DNA from: Candidatus Spongiisociaceae bacterium
GTDB lineage: Bacteria > Actinomycetota > Acidimicrobiia > Spongiisociales > Spongiisociaceae
NCBI GenBank assembly: GCA_965262915.1
Contig: OZ253564.1
Location: 3,680,001-3,744,000, forward strand
DNA: 64,000 bases
Direction: 5' to 3'
Shown: positions 1 to 8,048 of the stretch, piece after piece
Layout: the number at the start of each line of letters is the position of its first letter
Numbering within the stretch: the first letter of the stretch is position 1
Program-made: the position numbers and the translations under genes
Notes under the pieces: generated by a model
Told to the model about the DNA's origin: nothing
Database searches by the model: none
What the model saw: only the letters and a program-made list of their open reading frames with translations

Positions 1-1
1 T

Positions 2-196
2 GACGAGAGAACCCTTGCAAGAACCGACGAGCGGAGACCGTGAGGCCTGGGCTGCGATCGGCACCAGCTTCGCCACTGGATGACCATGTTTGGTGATGAT
101 CGCCTCGGCGCCGGTCTCCTTCACTTGGTCGATGATCTGCAGGCAGCGGGCCGCGAACTCCGCTACGCCGATAGGCTCGTGCAGGGTGGGGTTCAT
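2..196 (-). CDS. Phd/YefM-family antitoxin (3' end runs off the window)
   Basis: Not in the ORF track. Manual translation from ATG 196: MNPTLHEPIGVAEFAARCLQIIDQVKETGAEAIITKHGHPVAKLVPI..., which has the Phd-type 'EF...L.II..V...G....ITK.G.PVA.LVP' pattern. Confidence 0.85.
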   Translation of the reverse strand, partial: MNPTLHEPIGVAEFAARCLQIIDQVKETGAEAIITKHGHPVAKLVPIAAQASRSPLVGSCKGSLV

Positions 197-481
197 CGGT
201 GTCTGCCCACCGGGACCGCTAGATGGCGAACGTTGGGACATATTCTCCTCCCGCCCACTTATCTGACTGGTCGCGTCTGGTCATATTCTGCCAGCCTGGT
301 CGTCACAGGCTGTTGTCTGTCATCTTGGTGACGGACTCTGCAAGCTCGGGTGAGTTGCTGTCCGGCGAAGACCGAGACACGTTTCGAGTCGGCGGTGACG
401 CCGCTGGTGGCTAGTCGGTGGGTTGGCTAGCGGCCATTGTCAGAGGAGGGCATCTCCTCAGCGGGCATGGCCTTTGGCTAG

Positions 482-511
482 CCACATGATATCATTATTG
501 ATATCATGTGG
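482..511. promoter_or_regulatory. Perfect 13-bp inverted repeat, probable TA autorepression operator overlapping the toxin start codon
   Basis: CCACATGATATCA-ttat-TGATATCATGTGG; contains ATG 506; no Shine-Dalgarno visible. Confidence 0.7.
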
Positions 512-844
512 TCAGTCGAGGTCGAACCGGAAGTCGAGCAATGGATCGAGTCGCTCTCCGTGAGAGAGTTCGCGACCGTGGTTGCGGCCGTAGAACGACT
601 GGCCAAGGATGGCAACCGTCTGCGGTTCCCGGCCTCCCGTGCTCTAGGCGACAGACTATTCGAGCTTCGGGTCGGACTCGACCGTGTCGCGCGGCGGATC
701 ACGTTCTACTTCGCGGACAACCGGCGAATCGTTCTTCTGACAACCTTCCGCAAACAGAGGCAGAACGAGCGAGCCGAAGTCCGAAGGGCTCGCCGGGCGA
801 TGCGACGGTGCCTAGCTGAAGGACATGCACCCGAGGAGGAGTGA
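506..844 (+). CDS. Type II toxin, RelE/ParE (Gp49/HigB-like) family
   Basis: 112 aa with 'V..WI.SL', 'LFELRV', 'RITFYF', 'IVLLTTFRKQ' motifs; directly upstream of an HTH gene. Confidence 0.85.
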   Translation: MWSVEVEPEVEQWIESLSVREFATVVAAVERLAKDGNRLRFPASRALGDRLFELRVGLDRVARRITFYFADNRRIVLLTTFRKQRQNERAEVRRARRAMRRCLAEGHAPEEE

Positions 845-1149
845 TGCCGCGCCCAACGATTGAAGAGTTACGAGACAGACGGCTCAACACGATGAGCACC
901 AACGAGCGCGTCGAGTACGAAGAGGCCCTCACCGCGGCTCGCCTGGCTCTGGAGGTGGGGGAAAAGGTCCGCGACGCGCGAGAATCCGCGGGGCTGACAC
1001 AGCGCGACCTTGCCGCACGGATGTCTACGAGCCAGGCGGCGGTTGCCCGCCTCGAGGCTGGCGGCACGAGCGCCACGCTCAAAACTCTCCACAAGGCCGC
1101 AGCAGCTCTCGACATGACGATCACGGTCGCCCTGGTTCGGGCGCACTGA
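841..1149 (+). CDS. XRE/HigA-like HTH antitoxin
   Basis: HTH_3 pattern 'VRDARESAGLTQRDLAARMSTSQAAVARLEAG'; start overlaps the toxin stop. Confidence 0.85.
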   Translation: MMPRPTIEELRDRRLNTMSTNERVEYEEALTAARLALEVGEKVRDARESAGLTQRDLAARMSTSQAAVARLEAGGTSATLKTLHKAAAALDMTITVALVRAH

Positions 1150-1290
1150 CACGAGCGTATGGGGGCTCTTCGCCTTCGACCCGTCGGACTAGACCAAGGC
1201 GATCCGCACCGCGCGCAGGATGGAGTGGGCATCCCGCCTCGTCCTCCCTGCAGGCCGCTCCCAGTTCAGTACAAACGATGGCTCCACCTA

Positions 1291-1308
1291 TATAAGTGAT
1301 CGTTTATA
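1291..1308. promoter_or_regulatory. Imperfect palindrome upstream of second TA pair (candidate operator/-10 region)
   Basis: TATAAGtgatcgTTTATA, AT-rich, ~20 bp before the toxin start. Confidence 0.5.
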
Positions 1309-1326
1309 CTGCCTCCTGCGTGGGGG

Positions 1327-1677
1327 TTGAGTACACGAACGGAGTTCGGCGAGTGGTGGCACACCTTGGCTGTGGGCCAGCAAGAAGCGCTCACCGACCG
1401 GATCCAGCTATTGGAAGAGCACGGCCCGGCACCTAGGTGTCCGGCGGTAGGCACGCTACGCGACTCGCGTCACGGCAATATGAAGGAGTTGCGCGCACCG
1501 TCGGGCGGCAGGTTGCTGCGGGTGCTGTTCGCGTTTGACCCCAGACTCCAAGCCATCCTTCTGCTCGGAGGGGACAAGACCGGCCAGTGGGAGCGGTGGT
1601 ACGAGTGGGCAATTCCTGCCGCGGACGACCTCTATGACGTGTATCTCAGGGAACTGAGGGACGAAGAACTGATCTAG
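1327..1677 (+). CDS. Type II toxin, RelE/HigB-like
   Basis: 'LEEHGP', 'SRHGNMKELR', 'RVLFAFDP...AILLLGGDKTG.W..WY...IP.AD.LY' family signature. Confidence 0.9.
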   Translation: MSTRTEFGEWWHTLAVGQQEALTDRIQLLEEHGPAPRCPAVGTLRDSRHGNMKELRAPSGGRLLRVLFAFDPRLQAILLLGGDKTGQWERWYEWAIPAADDLYDVYLRELRDEELI

Positions 1678-1681
1678 CCAA

Positions 1682-2044
1682 GTGAGAGCGAACAGGCCAT
1701 GCCGAACACCAAGAACTACCGAGAACTACCGAGAACTACACGAACAAGTCATAGCCCGGCCCGGTGCCGCGGAACGTCTCGCGGCACTGCGTCAACAAAC
1801 TCTGGCTGAGATCGGGCTCTACGAGATGCGCAGACATCTCGACTGGTCCCAATCCGGACTCGCCGCGGAACTCGGAATCAGCCAGGCCGCTGTGTCCCAG
1901 CTGGAGAACGCTCAGGATCTGACTCTGTCCCGATTGCGCAAGTACCTGGAACCTCTCGGCGCGCGGCTTCAGCTACAAGCTGTGTTCGAAGACCAAGGAG
2001 AGGAGTACAGCATCCCGATCCGCGTCGGACGGAAAGCTTCCTAG
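1682..2044 (+). CDS. XRE HTH antitoxin (start uncertain because of a 10-bp tandem repeat)
   Basis: 'LYEMRRHLDWSQSGLAAELGISQAAVSQLE...LS.LRKYLE.LG.RL' HigA-like HTH. Confidence 0.8.
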   Translation: MRANRPCRTPRTTENYRELHEQVIARPGAAERLAALRQQTLAEIGLYEMRRHLDWSQSGLAAELGISQAAVSQLENAQDLTLSRLRKYLEPLGARLQLQAVFEDQGEEYSIPIRVGRKAS

Positions 2045-2359
2045 ATCCCCCACCGAACTGGTGAGTCGCTGTTTGCTGGCCGGCCAGAGGGAGACATCCA
2101 GCCCGGGTCGCAGATCATCGCGGCCCGCTCGGTGTGCCTGGAGTCAGGCGCTCGAAGGCAGGGGGTTACGGAACCCACCGCCACGAGGCGATCTTGCGGA
2201 TCGATACCAGCCACCCCGGCTGGCTGGCTGAGGGAATCCTTGGTTGCTGTCGGTAGAGGTGCTACGCCGGACGCGCGGTGGGCAGCCGGCGTTGTATGTG
2301 TCGGAGTTCTCTGATCTGATCTGGTAGGGGTCGAGGCGAGGGGGTGTCCGGGCGTGTCC

Positions 2360-3709
2360 TTACCGGTCGAGGAGCCCTGCGTATTCGTCTGGTACCACCA
2401 TCCTGTCGATGCAGGTGAAGAAGCTCTCCGTAGCCTTAGCCAGCACTTCCTCCTCGTCGAAGATCAGGAACTGGCGCCCCTCCATCACCACGGTTCCGTC
2501 CACGATGGTGGTGTCGACCGCTGCGCTCTCGGTGCTGTAGACCAGGTGCGACATCAGGTGGGTCTTGTTGCCCGGCACCCAGGGGGTGAAGTGGTGGTTC
2601 TGCAGGTTGATGAGGATCACGTCCGCCACTTTGCCGACGCTCAACTCGCCCGTCTCGTGCCCGAGTGCCCGGGAGCCGTTCCTGGTCGCCATTCGCAGGA
2701 TTCCGGGTGCCTGCAGGATCGACGCGTCCCTGCGCTCGGCCCGATGCACCAGGGAGGCCCATTTCATCACCTGGAACAGGTCGCAGCTGTTGGTGCCTTC
2801 CGCCGAGTCGTGTCCGAGGCCGACGTTCAGTCCCGCTTCGAGCATCTCGGGCAACCGGGCGATGCCGTTGCCCAACTTGGCGTTGGAGGTCGGGTTGTGG
2901 GAGATGTGAGTTCCCGTCTCCCTCATCAGACCTATCTCCCGGTCGGACAGGTGAACGCAGTGGGCGGCCACGCAGTCGGGACCGAGTATCCCCGCGTCGT
3001 AGGCCACCTCGCTGGGCCGTCGGCCGCCGAAGGTCTGCATGGAGATCTCGACCTCGCCGAGGGACTCGTTGAGGTGGATGTGGATGCCGGTTCCCAACTC
3101 GTCGGCCAGCGCTCTGCAGTCGACCAGCAGGGCTTCGGAAGCGAGGGGCAGCCACTCTATACCCAGATAGACCTCCACCCTGCCGTCGCCCATCCCATGG
3201 CATTGGTGGTAGGCCGCCTCGTTGTCCTCGAGAACATCGATGCCGTGCTCCGGATCAGCAACCACGTTGGAGAGCACCACCCGCATTCCGCTGTCGACCG
3301 CGGCGCGAGCCAGGCCTGAGAGCCGGCGGAACATGTCGTTGGCTGTGGTCACCCCCGCCTTCAGCGACTCGCTGTAGCTGGCCATGGCCGCCCAGTAGGC
3401 CTCCTCGGGGTTGATGGACCGGATCATGGGGTACCAGAACGCCTGCAGGATCTCCCAGAGATCCAGATGGTCGCAGTATCCCTTTCCGATGGCGGTGTGG
3501 TAGTGGAGGTCGACGAAGCCCGGCAGGGCTGCCTTGCCACCGGCGTCGATCACTTTCGCATTCGTGCGGTCGAATCCGGAGGTCACTTCGGAACTTCCGA
3601 CCGCGACGATCCGGTTGCCTTCGATCACCATCGACCCGTCGAATACGACATCGTTGTTGTCGTTCATGGTCACGATGGCGGCGTTCTCGATGATGATCCG
3701 ATCAGCCAC
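2360..3709 (-). CDS. Amidohydrolase, TRZ/ATZ / MTA-SAH-deaminase-like
   Basis: PGFVDLHYH, HIHLNES, AAHCVHL, NPTSNAKL, GLGHD motifs; start taken at GTG 3709. Confidence 0.85.
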   Translation of the reverse strand: MADRIIIENAAIVTMNDNNDVVFDGSMVIEGNRIVAVGSSEVTSGFDRTNAKVIDAGGKAALPGFVDLHYHTAIGKGYCDHLDLWEILQAFWYPMIRSINPEEAYWAAMASYSESLKAGVTTANDMFRRLSGLARAAVDSGMRVVLSNVVADPEHGIDVLEDNEAAYHQCHGMGDGRVEVYLGIEWLPLASEALLVDCRALADELGTGIHIHLNESLGEVEISMQTFGGRRPSEVAYDAGILGPDCVAAHCVHLSDREIGLMRETGTHISHNPTSNAKLGNGIARLPEMLEAGLNVGLGHDSAEGTNSCDLFQVMKWASLVHRAERRDASILQAPGILRMATRNGSRALGHETGELSVGKVADVILINLQNHHFTPWVPGNKTHLMSHLVYSTESAAVDTTIVDGTVVMEGRQFLIFDEEEVLAKATESFFTCIDRMVVPDEYAGLLDR

Positions 3710-3795
3710 TTTCGCCTCGCTTTCGCTACTCGGATTCTCGGCCTGCAAGATACCCGGCGGCCCGGCGCAACTGCCAGGCGTCCACCCCCTCGGGT

Positions 3796-5352
3796 CTACC
3801 GCCGCATGGTACGGGCTGTCGGCCCCAGTTGCTCGGGGAGCACGGCGTAGGCATCCTCAATCCACTGGCACAGGATCGGTCTCGTCTGGCGGGGATCGAT
3901 TATCTCAGGAACCCCGAAGGCTTCCGCCGTCCGGAAAGGTGACGACAGCTCATCGTATTGCGCCTCCAACCGGGCAAGCCGTTCCCCGGCCTCGTGGGCC
4001 GGCAAAGCGTCGAGTTCCCGGCGGAAGGCGGCTCTCACCCCTCCCTGGATCGGGATCGAACCCCATCGGGCGGAAGGCCATGCGTAGTGCAGGTTCACGC
4101 CCTGCAGCCGCCCGTAGCTGGTACCGGCCAGACCGAAGAGCCGCCGGATGATCATGCCGCACCACGGAACCCGCGACTGCTCGATAGCCGAAATAAGCCG
4201 GATGGTGCCTCGCACCGCTCCTTCACGTTCGGCTTCCAGCCCGATCACGGTGCCGGGTTGGTCCACGAAGTTGACGATCGGGATGTGGAACGTGTCGCAC
4301 AGATCCACGAATGTCTCGACCTTCTCCGCGGCAGCACGGGTCAGACCACCCCCGAACCGGTAGGGATCGTTGGCGATCACCCCGACCGGATAGCCGTTGA
4401 GGCGGGCCAGCATCGTGATCGACGACGGCCCGTAGGCGGGAGCGATCTCGAAGAGCGAGTCATGGTCGAAGACCAGTGAGAGGAGCCGGCGCGAGTTGTA
4501 GACCCGCCGCTGGTTACGGGGGATGATCGCGGCCAGCCCCTCCTCGGCCCGGTCGGGCCTGTCGTCGCCGGGTAGGCGGGGCGGTATCTCGAAAACACTC
4601 TGGGGCAGATACGACAGGAACTCCTGCGCCTGCTCTATTGCCTCTTCCTCCGAGTCGGCCGCATTGTCGATGACCCCGCTCTGCTCGGTGTGGATGTGGG
4701 CGCCTCCGAGTTCCTCCTTGTCGATGTCCCGGCCCAGGGCCACGCGAGCCACCGGAGGGCCGGCCGCGAATACCTGGCTGGTTCCGCGGACCATCACCGA
4801 GAAGTGGCTGCTCGCGGCCTTCATACCACCGAGGCCGGCCGCCGGTCCCAGCACCAGAGCCACCACGGGTACGTAGCCGAGCATCCCGGCGAGGGGCCAC
4901 ATGCGGTACCCGGGAATCTTGGTTCGGCCCGTCTTCTCGAGTAGTCGGACGCTTCCCCCGACGTTCTCGACCAGACGGATCATCGGCATCCGCATCTCCA
5001 GCGCGTACCGGTTGATGAACTCCCACTTCTCCGATATCTGGGCTTCGGTGGAACCGCCCCTGATGGTGTAGTCGTCGGCTTCCACGGCTACTCGGCGACC
5101 CCGGACCCGACCAGTGCCGATGATGGTGTTGGCCGGCCTAACCTCCACAAGACCGCCTTCGGCATCGTAGGTTGCGGTTCCGGTGAAGGTTCCGATCTCC
5201 CTCCAGGTGCCCTCGTCGAGCAGCAGGCTGAGCCTCTCCCTGGCGGTGAGCCGACCTGCTCCGTGCTGGCGAGCGACGGACTCCTCCCCTCCCATCGAGA
5301 GCGCGAACGCCCTTCGGCGCTCCATCTCCTCGATCTCGGGGTCCCAGATCAA
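3796..5352 (-). CDS. Acyl-CoA carboxylase/decarboxylase carboxyltransferase subunit
   Basis: 'GRLTARERL', 'DYTIRGGS', 'FVDLCDTFHIPIVNFVDQPG', 'IIDPRQTR' motifs. Confidence 0.9.
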   Translation of the reverse strand: MIWDPEIEEMERRRAFALSMGGEESVARQHGAGRLTARERLSLLLDEGTWREIGTFTGTATYDAEGGLVEVRPANTIIGTGRVRGRRVAVEADDYTIRGGSTEAQISEKWEFINRYALEMRMPMIRLVENVGGSVRLLEKTGRTKIPGYRMWPLAGMLGYVPVVALVLGPAAGLGGMKAASSHFSVMVRGTSQVFAAGPPVARVALGRDIDKEELGGAHIHTEQSGVIDNAADSEEEAIEQAQEFLSYLPQSVFEIPPRLPGDDRPDRAEEGLAAIIPRNQRRVYNSRRLLSLVFDHDSLFEIAPAYGPSSITMLARLNGYPVGVIANDPYRFGGGLTRAAAEKVETFVDLCDTFHIPIVNFVDQPGTVIGLEAEREGAVRGTIRLISAIEQSRVPWCGMIIRRLFGLAGTSYGRLQGVNLHYAWPSARWGSIPIQGGVRAAFRRELDALPAHEAGERLARLEAQYDELSSPFRTAEAFGVPEIIDPRQTRPILCQWIEDAYAVLPEQLGPTARTMRR

Positions 5353-6254
5353 TTCGCCTCCGTCCCGGTCCCGACCCTAATCAGATCGGGAATGTCCTCC
5401 ACGCGCTCCGCTATCAGCGCACCGGCAGCCGCCAGGGTTTCGCGTTTCACCACCGCGCGGTCGGTATCGCGCTGCACCATCGCCGATACATGACCGAAGG
5501 AGGATCCGGCCGGGTAGGCGTCCTGGAACTCGCCCACGATCATCGCCACCACCGGTTTGGTCACCTCGCCGCGCTCCATAGCGGCGGTCAGACCGATCTC
5601 ATGCTCCGATCCGGGCTCGCCGAACACCACGATGCTGTGGGTGGTGTCGTCTGCCTCGAACCAGCGGGCGTACTCGGCCATGGTCCTTCCGGTGATCGCC
5701 TCCCCTCCCATCGCGACGCAGGTTGAAATGCCGCTTCCTGCCCTTGCCAGCACTAGGGCGATTTCTGCGGACATGCCTCCTGAACGGGAGCAGACACCCA
5801 CGCTTCCCGGCCGGAACATGTCACCGGGCCTGGGCCCACCGATGCCTCCCAGCTTCGTCTTACCAGGGGAGATGATGCCGTTGGTATTGAACCCGATCAG
5901 GACCGAACCGGCGTTCCGGGCGGCGAGGGCCGCCCTCCAGGCGTCTTGACGAGGAAGGTTCTCGGCGATGGCCACGATCGGCGAGAGCCCGGAGGAAGCC
6001 GCCTCGACCACGGCGCCCGCCGCGTAGCGGGCCGGCACGTACTGAACGGCTGCGTCGGCCCCGGTCACCTCGACAGCTTCGGCCACCGTGTCGAAGACCG
6101 GAACCCCCGATACCGACTGGCCACCCCGTCCGGGTGTCACGCCGGCCACGATCCGTGACCCGTAGTCCAGGCAGATCCGGGTGTCCAGCCGTCCCACCGA
6201 GCCGGTTATGCCCTGAACCAGAATACGGGTCCGCTCGTCGACCAGAATGCTCAC
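5349..6254 (-). CDS. Succinyl-CoA synthetase alpha-like subunit (ADP-forming acyl-CoA ligase), divergent
   Basis: 'MSILVDERTRILVQGITG', 'AGVTPGRGG', 'SRSGGM', phospho-His motif variant 'FGHVSAM'. Confidence 0.85.
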   Translation of the reverse strand: MSILVDERTRILVQGITGSVGRLDTRICLDYGSRIVAGVTPGRGGQSVSGVPVFDTVAEAVEVTGADAAVQYVPARYAAGAVVEAASSGLSPIVAIAENLPRQDAWRAALAARNAGSVLIGFNTNGIISPGKTKLGGIGGPRPGDMFRPGSVGVCSRSGGMSAEIALVLARAGSGISTCVAMGGEAITGRTMAEYARWFEADDTTHSIVVFGEPGSEHEIGLTAAMERGEVTKPVVAMIVGEFQDAYPAGSSFGHVSAMVQRDTDRAVVKRETLAAAGALIAERVEDIPDLIRVGTGTEAN

Positions 6255-6469
6255 CGGCGGCGTTCGATCCGCACGAGCGTATCACCGGCGTCGATAACGT
6301 CGCCCTCCGCCACCGGGATGTCCACCACTACTCCGGCCGCCGGTGCTAGGACCGGGATCTCCATCTTCATCGACTCGAGGATGAGCAGTTGCTCTCCGGG
6401 TTGCACCACTTCACCTTCGGTAACCGTGATCCTCCAGACGATCGACGCCATATCGGCGGTGACTCTCAC
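6251..6469 (-). CDS. Stand-alone biotin carboxyl carrier protein
   Basis: 'LESMKMEIPV.AP..GVV' biotinylation motif; GTG 6469 overlaps the upstream stop. Confidence 0.9.
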   Translation of the reverse strand: MRVTADMASIVWRITVTEGEVVQPGEQLLILESMKMEIPVLAPAAGVVVDIPVAEGDVIDAGDTLVRIERRR

Positions 6470-7614
6470 GGGCTGATCCTGACCAACGTGTCCACGGCGT
6501 CTCCAAGGCTCGCTCCGGGCGGAAGGTAGCGCAGACCGGCGCGGCCTGCCGCCAACCGCCGGGCCCGGTCGGCGTTGAGGCCCTCGAGCCGGATCACGAC
6601 CGGGATCGAGCCGTGCCCGTACCCCCATCTGTCCAACCCGGCCAGGAGCCTCTCGACGATGAGGTCGCACGGGGCCAACTGCAGGATGTTGAAGCTGACC
6701 AGCAGGCGCGAGAGGTTCGGATGGCCGAGGATGGCCTCGATGAGCACGTCCAGCTTCTCCGCCGAGACTCCCGCCCCCAGGTCACTGTGGTTGGCCGGTC
6801 GAACACCCGCTTCGACAAGCAGATCGTGCTGGTAGAGACCGGCGCCGCCCCCGCCCACCAGCAGCCCCGTGTCCCCATCGAGTTCCACGTAACGCACCGA
6901 AGCGCCGGGAAGCCGGCGGTCGGCTTGCGCCACCAAGGCCTCGCGTTCGCTGAGACCATCGGGGCGCCACTGGAGTTCCGGGTGTCTGAAGAGGGCGTTG
7001 CCGTCCACTTCGATCAGCCCTCCGACTGCGGTGAACGTCCCGTCGGCCGACATCGTCAGCGGGTTCAGCTCCACCAGCAGAGCATCGTCGAAGAAGACCC
7101 CCGCAGCGGCCACAGTCAGGTCGACCAGAGCGGAGGGAACCTGGTAGTCGCCGAGTGCCCGTCGCCAGAGATGTTCCGCCCTATCCCGGGTCAGGCTTGC
7201 GAGCCCTTCGATACCGAGATGGACCAACGCATCCCGGGAGTCTTCGATGTCCACACCTCCGTCGGCGGAGGCGGTGACTCGGGGACCGTGGGGGCCCCAC
7301 GAGAAGCCGAGATAGAGTTCTCGGGCAATCGCAAGGGCCTCCTCCACGTACACCGACCGGCAGCGGTAGCCCAGGATCCGGGTGTCGAGCAACTCATGCG
7401 CCGCTTGCGCTACTCCGGCCACCCCGATAGGACCTATCAAACCGTTGTTCTTCGACCGCCGGTTCGCCGGAACCAGGGCCTTGACGAACACCTCACCACC
7501 CAATGCCAGGGCGGCAGTCTCGGCGCCATCCGGTGTCTCGGCCACGGTTCCGCGAGGGACTCTCACCCCGGCACCGGCCAGGCGAGCCTTGGATTCGTGT
7601 TCCAGCAATCTCAT
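6466..7614 (-). CDS. Succinyl-CoA synthetase beta-like ATP-grasp subunit, divergent
   Basis: 'MRLLEHESKA', 'ELYLG', 'GGVDIE', 'LVELNPL', 'YVELDG..G..GGGAG', 'PANHSDLG'. Confidence 0.85.
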   Translation of the reverse strand: MRLLEHESKARLAGAGVRVPRGTVAETPDGAETAALALGGEVFVKALVPANRRSKNNGLIGPIGVAGVAQAAHELLDTRILGYRCRSVYVEEALAIARELYLGFSWGPHGPRVTASADGGVDIEDSRDALVHLGIEGLASLTRDRAEHLWRRALGDYQVPSALVDLTVAAAGVFFDDALLVELNPLTMSADGTFTAVGGLIEVDGNALFRHPELQWRPDGLSEREALVAQADRRLPGASVRYVELDGDTGLLVGGGGAGLYQHDLLVEAGVRPANHSDLGAGVSAEKLDVLIEAILGHPNLSRLLVSFNILQLAPCDLIVERLLAGLDRWGYGHGSIPVVIRLEGLNADRARRLAAGRAGLRYLPPGASLGDAVDTLVRISP

Positions 7615-8048
7615 CCCGGTACGGGCTCCGTCTCGGAGTGGTCTGCGTGAGGTTCGACCAGGCCCGTCAGGACTCCGTCGTTCGTAGCGGGATGGATGAA
7701 CACCCGGCTACCTCCGACATCCTCCATCGGGGTGCGAGAGACCAGGGCACAGCCCGCGGCCTCTGCGGCAGAGGTCGCCTCGGCCAGGGAACCGACCCGC
7801 AGGCAGAGGTGATGGAGGCCCTCGCCGCGCCGTGCCAGGAATCGGTCCAGGTCCGAGCCGTCCCTCGTCGACTCGAGGATCTCCACGTAGGCCGCACCGG
7901 AGCGCAGCAGATGGCTCCTGATCCCCCCCGGCAGGTCCTCGGTGCGAACCTCGACGAATCCCATCGTCGTGTAGCGGTCTTTCGCCGCCGTCGCGTCCCT
8001 GACCGCGATACCGACATGCTCGATGGCGACCACCGGCGATTCACCCAT
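7611..8048 (-). CDS. VOC-family protein, methylmalonyl-CoA epimerase-like
   Basis: 'IEHVGIAV', 'VEILE', 'FLARRGEGLHHLCLRV', 'FIHP..NDGVL..LVE'. Confidence 0.8.
   Translation of the reverse strand: MGESPVVAIEHVGIAVRDATAAKDRYTTMGFVEVRTEDLPGGIRSHLLRSGAAYVEILESTRDGSDLDRFLARRGEGLHHLCLRVGSLAEATSAAEAAGCALVSRTPMEDVGGSRVFIHPATNDGVLTGLVEPHADHSETEPVPG

Noticed and set aside
2354-3319. Long antisense ORFs (also 6613-7650, 17722-19026, 30333-31325, 52916-54427, 61385-62332)
   Set aside because: Shadow frames of well-supported genes in high-GC DNA, with no recognisable motifs.
5349-7614. Calling these genes sucC/sucD
   Set aside because: Substrate motifs are divergent and there is no TCA-cycle context, so symbols are withheld.
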